From Seison nebaliae (lineage: Eukaryota): 64,000 nucleotides of DNA. A model generated the notes under the pieces. It was not told the origin of the DNA. It saw only the letters and a program-made list of their open reading frames with translations, and made no database searches. This document shows positions 39,409-51,855 of the stretch, piece after piece (position 1 is the first letter of the stretch; every line of letters starts with the position of its first letter). A program made the translations under genes and the position numbers. Location of the stretch: positions 1 through 64,000 of the forward strand of contig JALJEE010000927.1 in NCBI GenBank assembly GCA_023231475.1, written 5' to 3'.

Positions 39409-40901
39409 ATCCACGTTTTCATTAAATGTAGATCGGCAGTAGTTTTAGAATTGGGTTGGAGGGCTAAAAAGAATAAATTAAAAGATTTCTGACAATTTGT
39501 TAACTATTACTTATATTCTTTCTAATTCGAACGATATGACTCGGAGGAATAATTAGAATGAGAATAAGAATGAATTGAGAGCATACTTAAGTGATGCTCA
39601 TCCTTGTCTTCTTATTACCAATTAAGTTTATGATTTGCTCCCTGAAATATACCGATCAAGTGAATGAAGGTGCACACATTTACGGACAGATGAAAAAGAT
39701 GATACAGACACATGGTAAAAGTGATAAAAGGTAGCTTTTGTTTTCTTCGCAAGAAGGAGATATCTCTATATCGAAATAGATGTTGGAAATCGCCGCAATG
39801 ATTATAGAATTGATGATAACCAGTAGATGAAGAAGAACGAGTTATTCTCTATTATTTATTTGTAATTTGAATGATTTTATTAATGATTTGTCAGCAAATT
39901 TTATCGGATACATTCATATTTCCTTCTTCGAGCTATGAACTGATTGTTTAAGATGAAACTGAAAATTTAATATTGGGAATTATATGATATCATGATAAAT
40001 TGGAAATTTACATTAATATTGTCTTGTAATTACATAAATTTTATAACGATAATTGAATATGTTCACCTAAGAATTATACCTCAATCATTCTCCTTACATC
40101 GCTTCCTCTTACCTCATCGTTTGGAAGAAGATAATTCCATTCGTTTACTGTCAACATGCCGATCATGTGCAACTGATATTATTAGTAATTTAATTAACAG
40201 AAACTTTACAATTGTGTTTGTGTTGGGATAGGTTAATTTATAAATTACATTTCTAATGAACTGGAAATTGATTAGCAACTACTTCTGATGTGGTTCTCTC
40301 CGAATAAATGCACCGTTTCCGATTGAGATTGCGTTTGTTTTTCCGGAAAATACACTTACAATTGTTAGATATCGAATTTGGAAATCATTTAAAATTCCTA
40401 TTATAGAATCTCTTTTATTTTATAGTGTAGACGAAACATGCAATGAAACGACCCGTCGATTTCTCGTATATGTCATCAGATTGTCTAAAAATTTACCAAA
40501 GTATTAATTTTAATCGATTTAGCAAATAGTTTGATTCTATTTATTATTATTATTATTATTATTGTTGTTGTTATTGTCGTTGTTTTTGTTGTTGTTATAC
40601 TTCCATGAACAATAAGTATATTTTTTCTTATTTTTCCACTGATTGAACTGAACGAATTGTATAGTACTGTTATTGATAATAATGATACTTGGAATGATGA
40701 TGATGATGATGATGATGATATAATGAGCAAATTGTAAAGAGAAAATTGATAGAGATCAATATTTGCAAGAATAATTGACACTTGTCACTTGAATGCTATT
40801 TGTTCGCTCACCTCGATGCTACGCCATCATCATTAAAATTCATTACTCATCCTATAAACATCAGCACATTATATAAAGTAAAAATTGGAAAACGAGAAAA
40901 G

Positions 40902-40959
40902 TAAAGAAGAGTTGCCATTGTGAATAGAGATATGAAAATCGTTTAGGGATGATTATTCA
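40902..40959. repeat. Dispersed ~57-bp repeat, copy 2
   Basis: taaagaagagttgccattgtgaatagagatatgaaaatcgtttagggatgattattca, matches 35079-35135. Confidence 0.85.
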
Positions 40960-43631
40960 CGTCACAAAAAATAAATGGGTGTTTCATGTGTCTTCTTCCC
41001 CTTCGTCTTCCATCTAATCATTGCTCTTCATAATATCCTCATTTTTCTTCTTTTCCTGTGCGATATGAGACTTCTTCTATCTTTTCTTACCTTTTTTTGC
41101 GTGCAATTAATTATTGGGAGAAATTAGATGTCGCAACAATTCCAACATTTTCCTTTTGACGAATGTCAGCAATTTCTCTCATCTATTTACATGCAATTCA
41201 CTGAACCACCAATCCGGCCCATTAGTGTTAACGTAATTTAAATTCCATCAAATGAATATCCGTTTGATTCAATTAATCATATGAACAATCATTATTATAT
41301 GAACAAATATGAAATTCCTAATAATTTCCAATCATAATCTTCAAACAATCCACCAAATCGACCACATCTACTCAGAGAAATGTACATCTGTGGTTGGTTG
41401 AAGATGAATAAATATATATTATTATATATACATCGATCGATTCCATCAGCCAGAATCCTTTTTCCAAGTCGCTGCTTATATGCATGTGTTTAGAGGAGAT
41501 AGACAAACATAGTTGCCTTTTTTCATAGAAATCCAAATTGAGATTCCCATATATTCGCCATCATTATCATCATCATCGCCATCATGAGACTGTGAACTAA
41601 ATGTGTAGTTTATACATAGCATGGATTTTGATAAGAAAATAGATTATTTAAATAAATCTCCCATACTTGATGTTTCTTTGAGCAACTCTCCAAACATATA
41701 TGTCAAGATGCGTATGTTGGTGATTATCAAGAATAACGAAATAAGAAGAAAATCATGAGTTGGAATGGTAGTGGTCATACTGGTAGTAGGATAGATGGAG
41801 TTTATGCGCCAGATAGGCAAGGAACAGTTATTCCGTTTGGTTAATATGCTGCCGTGATGATAATAAAGCTGCCATGTATTTCAACGTTCCATGTGCATAG
41901 TTAAACGAGTAGGAAGGAATGAGAGCTACAGCGAACTAGCAAATAATATACGTTCTCCCATTATCAGGCAAAAGAAGAAGTCTAATAGAATTCTATTGTG
42001 GTTCATAATGTATAAAACAACTTTATGCATTGTCCTGTTTATATTATTGGCAGCTGTTCGCGCCTTCCTTCTCCAAACTGGAACTGATTCCAAAGTTTAT
42101 TTTGGGAATATGTGCAAGAGAATAAATATAATTTCTTCCTCATAAAATCATTACTTGTCTTCCTTGGTTATAGTTGTAGAAGTTAATTATGTAATAGAAA
42201 ATCGAGTACAATACATAAATAATCGCAAGCGACTAAAGAAAAAACATGATGATGATGATAATGCTGATAATACTAATGAGATTCAACTAATTTTACATAA
42301 TACTTAAACAATAACATTCTTTTAATTGCTACCAGTTATTGAGTATCCTAAAGGAATTATTTGAAAATAAGTCGTTATCATCATCAGCCACATCGCTTAC
42401 ACATCATGAGAGTATAGAAAGTGTGTTATCATTAAACACTTTCTCCACCTGTTCAATGATATCGAAGAAATGTAAAAATTAATTTATGTATATATGGAGA
42501 ACTCAACTCTTCCAGCAGCTGTCCATTCGCATTCGATTAATTGGTCCACTAACCTTATTAAGATACGGAGGAATATTGTCTAATGATGTAATGTTAATAC
42601 TAACGACTATCATAAGAATGTCGAAAAGTAATTAAAATGTATAGGATATATTGAAGGAGAAACTGATCTATGAAATTTCATAATAAAAATTTCTTTTACT
42701 ATTCTCAATCTTCTCTTCCGACCGATGTTATTGGAAATAACACACCAACTAGATGTTCATGTCAGAGAAATGTCGATCAGACACTTTTCCAATGTAAGGT
42801 ATGCTCAGTAAAAAGTGATCTTTCGAAATATGAATGTATACGAATGTTGGGTCATTCCTCATTCGTTTATAAGACGAAATTCCAGTTTCATACATAAAAT
42901 CCGTTCCAGTGGATATACAATTAATTCTCGTAGATTAAAAGAAGAAGAATAATAAGATAGGACGAACAATTGGAATGATCCTTAAATAATATTAAACATA
43001 TCTCCCAATAAGTAATGAACGAAAAAAAAAGAAAGATTTTCAGGAAAGGATGAAGAAAATCTTTTTCTCCCATTCAATCAATGAAAAACTAAGTGGATAA
43101 TAGTTTGTTGCAAGTTCCACACAGTCAGTCTAATCTGTATAAAGTTCTTTCGCTCATTGTCAAACGGACGAAACAGATTTCCTTCTTCTTCTTTACGAAT
43201 ATTTTATATTCGCGTAAACCAAATGATTGTTCCATTTCAGTCAATGAAGAGTTGTTTATGGGAAACACGCTTCATCTCTTCATACTTCATCTTCATTTTA
43301 TGTTTTCGTTGCAGTTCATCAGATCATCAACTATTCTTCTCTCTTTCTTTTATTTCTGTTAATTTCTTTTATTTTCATTATTCGCTACATTTCTCTTATG
43401 GGTTGAGTTGAATGATGTAAACATTACGAATATTGTCTATTTGTCTCAAATTTTTGCGGAGTTCATCATTTATCATATCTCCATTCTATTCATATTTTTC
43501 ATTCCTTTTCTCACACATCCAGATATGCAGAATAAAGTTTGGAGATTTGGTTATTGTACCGCTAACTGATTTATCAGTTTCTATCACGCAGACCAGTCAA
43601 CAGGAAGGAATGACATTTATTCGATACAACT

Positions 43632-46548
43632 ATGAGTCAGCAATATTATCTATTTCTCCTCTTCGCCTTCAGTATTGTCTCAACACCGTTCCTAACAGGT
43701 TTCATTCACTTTCATCTTCCAACTATACAATTCTTGTCCAGTTCAAGCTTATGATCATTTCAAACATTTATATGATGATTTAATGAAACGATACGATCGT
43801 GTAATCAGACCAGTGGAAAATGCAACTGCTGCACTTATTGTCAAACTCGGACTGAAATTATTCCAAATTATCGATATCGTTCGATTTATTTCATTTGAAT
43901 TTTTTTCAATTTCATCTATTTAAGGATGAAAAAAATCAAATTATGACAACAAACGTGTGGTTGTATCTCGTTATTATTTTATTATAATGAACTAAATAAA
44001 AATTATGCGATTTAGGAATGGCAAGATCATAAATTGAAATGGGATCCAAAGAAGTATGGAGGAATCGATCGTATGTATTTGCCAAGCGAAAAGATTTGGT
44101 TACCTGATGTCGTTTTATATAACAAGTTATTTTCGAAAATAATTCTTCCGATCTTTTATTTTTCTAGTGCTGATGGACATTACGAAGTTTACATTTTTAC
44201 AAAAGCTCAAGTCAACCATACCGGCTATGTGAAATGGTTGCCACCAGCAATTTATAAAAGTTATTGTGCAATAAAAGTCGAATATTTCCCATTTGACGAG
44301 CAAGTTCAATTTTTTATTCAAATAATTCTTGTACATCTTTTTTAAGGAATGTTATATGAAATTTGGAACTTGGACTTATGATGGCAGTAACATCGATTTG
44401 CGACATATGAACTCACCAATGAATGATCCTGATGCACCGATTAGTTTTGGTATATTTTCTTCTTCATAAATAAAGTTCAAATATTTCTTTCTAAAATCAT
44501 TTAAGGTTGGGATTTGAGTGAATATAGTCAAAGTGTCGAATGGGATATAATGTCAGCTCCAGCAACGAGGAACGTTAGAAGATACGAATGTTGTCCGGAG
44601 CCGTTTTTAGACATCTACTTCAATATAACACTCAGAAGGAAAACTTTATTTTATACAGTCAACCTCATCGTACCTTGTGTGGGTATATCATTCCTTTCAG
44701 TTCTCGTATTTTATTTACCATCGGATTCGGGAGAGAAAATGACATTATCTATATCAATTCTCGTTTCTCTCACTGTGTTCTTTCTATTGTTGATTGACAT
44801 TATTCCACCGACCTCATTAGTCGTTCCGCTAATCGGGAAATATCTCATATTTACAATGGTTCTCGTCAATTTGAGTATTTCCGTTACAGTTCTCGTACTC
44901 AACTTGAACTTTCGCGCGCCATCTGAATTGAATATGCCGAAATGGATAAGAAAAGTGTTTGTCGATATTCTACCTGATCTACTTTGGATTCAAAGACCAG
45001 AACCCAATGAAGATGACGATTTCGATGAAGATAACGACGATTTCGATTTAAATAATTATTATCATAATTTATACATGAATGACAATTTACACTCTCATCG
45101 TCATAATCGCAATTATCTTCATTCGTTCAATGATCTTAGAGAACGTTATACGTATAAGAAATTGAGTAATTCCTCTGCCAAACATATGTGCAGTTGTGGT
45201 ACAATTCAGAGAGATTCAGTGAGTGGTAAACAAAAACCGTTTGTATCCAAAACCGTTTTGTCGTCGTTATCTCAATTGATGAACATGTATTCCAATGTGG
45301 TTAATCATAAGGTTGTTTGTCGTCATTGTGAGGGTAAGAAGCGATTGAAAAAGTTGAAGAATCTCCACAATTCAAATTCTTTTCAATTGCCACGATTCTC
45401 CTTCACTACACATGAAGAATCGATTTCAAATACATCGACGATCGACGATCTGACATCGAACGTGAAATATCGTCCAAAACATAATAAAATGTCAGTTCAG
45501 GAATATATTTCAATGAATGATGACGTGGTGGAAACGATCCGAGTGAACCGTCATGCAAAAAATTTACTGGAGAGTATGAATCGAACGAAACATACGGAGA
45601 AGCATTGTTGTAAATATCATCGACGATCATTTAGACAGAAGTTGTTAAATGACACTATTAATCATCCAGAAATCAAAAAGAGTATTGAAGGTGTTCAATA
45701 TATTGTCAGTCATCTACAAGACAGAGATAAAGACCGAAAAGTTACTTTAATATATCGATTACTTGTATTTATTGGGATTTCATCCACATTCCATCAAATC
45801 TAAAATCATGTTACTTCATTTTGTTATTAATTTCTATCGATAAGTATAATTTATCAATTTTTCTGGTATTCCTTATGTAGCATTTACTTTTTGATTTACT
45901 CATTCCCTTTTTATTCTTCTATTCGAATTATGTTTATGAGAGAAAATTAATTGTTTGGAATATTAAATCATTTCCTCATATTAAATTGATGGAGTGATCG
46001 ATTATGGATAAACAGTACAACTTTCTACTCATTAATACTCGTATTGTTTTTATGATTATTTTTCATATCTTCCACTTGGCTTCCATGTGGGAACTACTGT
46101 ATTCTATACTGTTCTTTGTTGTTTTTTTTGAAAGGCATTGGGTGACTGGAAATATGTTGGTTTAGTATTGGACCGCATCTTCCTCATATTGTTTACATCG
46201 GCATGCATATTTGGTACGATTGGTATTATGTGCAGCGCTCCTTCACTCTACGATAACAGAGAAAATGTGTTGATCCAAATGTCACGCTCTCTCGAACAGA
46301 ACAATCTGAATAATCGTAACATAATGTCTGGGAATTCTGCTTCAATATTACCAACAGCGGCAGCAACACCCTCATCGTTATCAATGAAATCAACGAATCG
46401 TGTATCAGCCAGAGCATTGCAATCATCAGAGAACACTACGACGAATAAACAATTTATAGAAACTCGGCGATTTCGACGTCAAATCAATCGTCGCCATTGG
46501 CGCCGATTAAGACGAACTGATAGAATCATTTCTAAACAAAAAGTCTGA
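43632..46548 (+). CDS. Nicotinic acetylcholine receptor alpha subunit (copy A), 8 exons
   Basis: Signal peptide [16 protein letters not shown]..., LYDDL...[16 protein letters not shown], Cys-loop [15 protein letters not shown], loop C YECC, M2 [21 protein letters not shown]4 [14 protein letters not shown]. Confidence 0.96.
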
Positions 46549-47038
46549 ATAAAAATAAATTCCATCCGTTTTCTTTTTATTCAAACGTTTTCTTTCTTTT
46601 TCCTTTCCTCTTCTTAATCTCATGTTCATCGATTATTGAGTAATAATCGTTAGAATTATGCAAATAGGTGATTTCCAAACATTAATTATATTTCATCTTC
46701 ATATATAACTGTCTATTCCATCTTCCTTTCAATTCTTTCCGAAATTTATGCGAACGACTCATAACGATGTGTATAGGTAAATATCTATAAAAATGGATAT
46801 CTACAAAATTCATTCATCGATTCATCGACATATAGATATGGTGCACGGATCTCCGCACTACTTCCACATAAAATACTTCCAATATTATTTCTTTATGCTG
46901 CATAACCGTCTATAAGGACAATCGCCTACACGATACAACTCTTCCAATACGTATCTTCCAAATATCGACATCTTTATTTTGGGGAAGGAAAAAAACTCAT
47001 TGATCTATCTCCTGATTTCGTTCAATATTTTCTAAACT

Positions 47039-47078
47039 CACACACACACACACACACACATACACACACATACACACA
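47039..47078. repeat. (CA)n microsatellite
   Basis: Imperfect CA run. Confidence 0.9.
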
Positions 47079-49680
47079 AACAGAAGTACATCAAGACACT
47101 GATGTTTTTAGTAATGTTTCTCGTGAGACCTTTCACCGGATTTATTATCTATGATGACGATCATTTGACGTTATCATTGTCTGATCATATTCAGTTTCTT
47201 CTATTTATGGTAATTTGACAGGTGTATCATGATGTGCCGACTTACATGATTGGGAACATCGACCGAAAGTATAAACAATTTCTTATTTATTAATTAAAAT
47301 TGTAAATAAAATTAATTTAATTTAGATTCATCTCCAATTTCCCTATGGAACAGAAGGAGATGTATCAGATTTTATTCTTTAGTTAATAAGTGTAAATGTG
47401 TTAACTGGGAACATTTGGACGGAATAAATTCATGATCCATACGATCATTAATCGCAATGAAACACATTGAAGATTGTAAGTTGTGTCTATTCAATTCATT
47501 TTTTTCTTTCGTTCAAAATATCGCAGAAAATGCACAAAGTGACTAATGCGTCTTCTTCCAAATAGCAATTAGACGAAATAAAGTAAGAAAATGATTATTA
47601 AATTTTATGTGTTCTATTTTTTCACCATCTATATATTTATGAGATATCTAATAAAATTGCATGTGAAATAGAAATGAAAGAAGAAGAAATTCTGGGTGGA
47701 ACAATGAGAACATCCTAATGAAATTGGTATGTCAACCTTCTGTTCTCCATTCCGTTTGTCCTCTCAATTTTATTATGAATATGTTGATAACAGTTCGAAT
47801 TTCAAATGGTGCAAACTAGATTTGATAGAAGATTGAATTTCGAAATAATTTTTCACATAGGAATTTTGAAATATGAAAATAATTTAGTTTTTTTTCCATT
47901 CTCCAATTACTCTTCGTTGAAAATTTTCATTTTTTAATTGAACTTATACAGTTAACTGAGATTTGATGATTCATTATTCACCTCGTTAAGAATAACATCT
48001 TCCACAAACAATAATAATAATGGAATGTATCGTTCTGGGTGTCGACATAACATATCGAAAATGAAAACAAAGGCGAATAAAAAATGATGAATAAAAAATT
48101 ATTTTTTCATAATTATTATGACAAAAGAAGGAAGGAAATGAGAATATTAAAAAAATATTTTGTTCGTAAAGATATCTATTTCTCAACATGCTATCAGACG
48201 ATGGATGCATACGTAGATATTCGAAGATATTTAACCCCTAAGTTCTCCTCGTAGGGGGGCACGATGTGTGGGAGAATTGACTATACTCATTCATACTCCA
48301 AACTCGATACATGGAAGTACTCGTATGGAGGTGGTATTACATACGTATGGAAGTTCATGTGAAGATTGGTTCGTCGAATGATCGGGATGTAATTTTATAT
48401 AATGCATTATTCTTCCTTTCCTCAAAATGCGTAATTGCCCGTTGAGCGTTAAGTGTTTGCTAAGACATTCAACAACCGTAAGACAGAAGTGGATGTAAGG
48501 AGATGGGGCTGAACTACTTGAGTTACAGGAACAATTGAATGTGAAGTTAGTTTAAAAAAGAAAGAAAGAAAGGAAAAGTGGATGAGCGAACTAAAGGGAT
48601 GAGGTAGTTAAATCTCAGATTGAAGTGAATGATATAACTGATGAGATTTCTAAATATTTATCTTTAATATGATACATATTTCTCTAATAAATCTTATAAA
48701 TTATCATTCATTGTTTCGCTGCAATAGATTGTCTATTAAAGTCATTTATGAAAGAAGTATAAAGTAACCCAAGAGAATATTATTAGTGGCATTAGATAAA
48801 GGGGGCGAAACGATAAATGAGGAACCTTGGAGAATCATTTATCATTACGAGATTGGTTGAGAAAGGAAGATGGAAGAATTAGCACAGAAATGGATCATCT
48901 AATACTTCCATTTAAAAATTAATGTCGTTACGATTGTTTGCTTTCAGCTCGTATATAGATATATATTTATGAATCTCATCACAATGATAATGACCTTTTA
49001 ATCTGACGTATCAATCGTTTACTGTTTCTGCCGATGAATGGCAAATGTTCACTAATTCGTTACTACTCAAATTATACGGTTTTCTTTTTCCTCAATATCA
49101 AAAAGTTTCTGTGCCAATCTTCAGGCTTCTTATGCCAATCTCTTTCTCTTCTCATTGCCACACTATTCCAATAAGATTAATGACAATTATTTACCATAAC
49201 ATTAACACTACCAGTCGTTCTTATTGACGACTCTTCATTTTCATTAGAATTTCGGGAGATGAGATAGCAAACGAAATGGGATATTGTCGATGATTAGACG
49301 GCAATGATTAGGAGAAAGGAAGAACACACAATATATTAGAGATGTTCTTCTGCTCATTGTTGAAAAAAGAAATGAAGGCTGACAGTGTCAAATTTGTGTT
49401 TCGTTAAATTTCCCAACACATCCCCCAGCTTTCGCTGTGTTGTGGAGATGATCATTTGAAGTTGAAAGAAATCTTTCGTCCTTATTGGAACAGCTGTTCC
49501 TTCTATTCGCATTGTATTGTTCGTAATAAAAGGGAAGATAGTGGAGGATGCTCCAATTGCGTCAGTTCTATCATTTCATGAAGTATTTCTGGTTTCATTT
49601 TCTTCTTTCTTTTTTGCCCATTTCTCGATGTGTCTATCGCATTCTCACAATACATGGATGGTCGACGTGTACGTAGAAGA

Positions 49681-49712
49681 ATGGATGGATGGAAGGATGG
49701 ATGGATGGATGG
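49681..49712. repeat. (ATGG)n microsatellite
   Basis: atggatggatggaaggatggatggatggatgg. Confidence 0.85.
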
Positions 49713-51855
49713 GCTCTTTCCAATCTCCAAATGCCTAGTGTATATGTCTGGTAGTTAAGAATATAAAGCAAGATGAACTATGATAAAATGGGAAATGTTT
49801 CTCTTAAATGATAATATAAAAGAAAATTGCTTAATTCCTCTTATTTTGATAGGGAGTAACAACCGCCCTTTAAACTAATCAATGCAAGTTTATTTGTCGT
49901 CCCATTCACCATTTCCATCTTTAATTTATTAGCATTCAACTTGGAGCAAACATTGTCGACTTTGAAGAAAAGGAAGACCGTCTAAATTGGAAGTAATTGG
50001 GGAATGTCTTATCACTCGTCAAATAGTATAAGTAAATCATCGAACGAATTAATAGACTAAAATAAAACTGTTAAAATAACAGAAGATAAGTACGAATTAA
50101 GAAGTCATCCAAATTTCATTTCATTCATTCGACTTCAATATCATTCATTTTTAATCTCACACATATGAATTCTTCACTACCACCATTTGCTTAGTCATGC
50201 AGAGTCGATCAATAAAAAAGAGTTTTCTTCCCATATTGGGTGAAAGTTGAATGAAACTCCCCCGGAAGATGTAATAGAATAATTATGTAAATGAACAAAG
50301 ATGTGTTCATTCACGAAAGATGGGGGGAGAAGTATACGCGAATTCACTTCTCCCTTTTACTTCCAGACATGAATATGCACATTTTGATGATGATAGATAC
50401 TACCAATATGATCAATATCATACATTTATTGATCATCATTACAGAATTTGGAACATCGATTGATCTGTTTGTCCTATCTCCCAATACATTTCCATCATCA
50501 TTATCATCATCAAGATTCATGATGACTCGAATAAATATTCTTCCATTTTTTAAATATTTTTAGAATTATAGTTAAATGATATCGTTAACGAATGATAATA
50601 TAATAAATACAATCTTTCACAATATATCGATCAATATCCATATCATTCGTTGGGACCTACTACATTCTGCCATGTTTCTACTTACTGCACATTCTTCCAA
50701 TATACATTCCCTTATTTTAGTATGGCTACATAATTCTAGAATGATTAGTTTCCAATTCCAATGTTTATGTAATAAATGAAGAAGTCATTCATTATCTCGC
50801 ATATCTTTCCGATTTAGAGCTTCTTTCATCTTTTGTCTTACTGTCAGTCATTGTCTATGGTTCTTGATCAGTTCTCACACATCCCTCTACCATATCATGC
50901 AATAGTCATTTATGATTAGAGAATAATTTATCATTTGATTTCAAATGTGTCATCCTGTTCCCATTTCTCTCACCCGAAAACATTTTTTCCTGGTTGAGAT
51001 CTGGTTTCATATATGGAAATCACAATTTTTTTGTTTTCGATCAAATCTCAGTTTCACCACAATCATTATCGCTCTAAATGTGCATTATTTGTGTTTATGC
51101 ATGTGCATATTTTTCGATTATGTCTGATGAAAAAAATGAATGGAAATTTTCATTGGAGATAAAAAGCTTGAATTGTACATCAGTTAGTCTACCAGCGAAT
51201 ATGGTATTAGCAATAGGAGTAAGTGCAACAATAGCCGCAGTTACAATAACAGTGGTCCGCAAGAAATTTATGAATAAATTAATCAACATCTATCAACATC
51301 TCCACCTCGTACACTCGCAGCTCATCTATTGGGAAGTTGTTTGTGAAATTGTATCCTATTATATTATCTTATATTATAGGAGACGAGACGAGTGCATAGT
51401 TGTGAAACAGTAGTCAATAAACAGTAGAGAATTGCATCCGTTTAATTAGAAGAATTCATGAGACTACCATCTCACTCGAAAACACGCACCAAACATATAA
51501 GCAATCTAGTCGGATGTTCACATGTAAATAAAATTCCAAATCGATTGATAAATATTGATGTGCATTTGTCCGTAAGTGTCTCCTTTATTTTCCAGTTAAT
51601 TTCTCTATCAATTTCTATTCCCAAACATTCTCTTCAATACTTTATACAAATTAATTTCATAAACTTCATATGATAGATGAATATTCAGTTCTCACTTCTT
51701 CTCAACCAATTTTCCAGATGTCAAATACTTGAATAATATAAACCGGTCCTCATGTTATTACTACGACACTTGTTCGGTATGCATAGAATTATGTGAAACA
51801 ATTGAAGAAAATATTAGTTGAAGTCAAGAAATTCCGAGAAACTAATAGAAGAAAA

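Noticed and set aside
39992..43411. Short ORF-track entries in the nAChR-A upstream region (and similar ones at 47986-51673 and 62420-63163)
   Set aside because: Low-complexity, AT-biased translations with no motifs or consistent exon chains.
48600..48625. let-7-like seed TGAGGTAG
   Set aside because: The match ends after the seed and I see no pre-miRNA-length hairpin.
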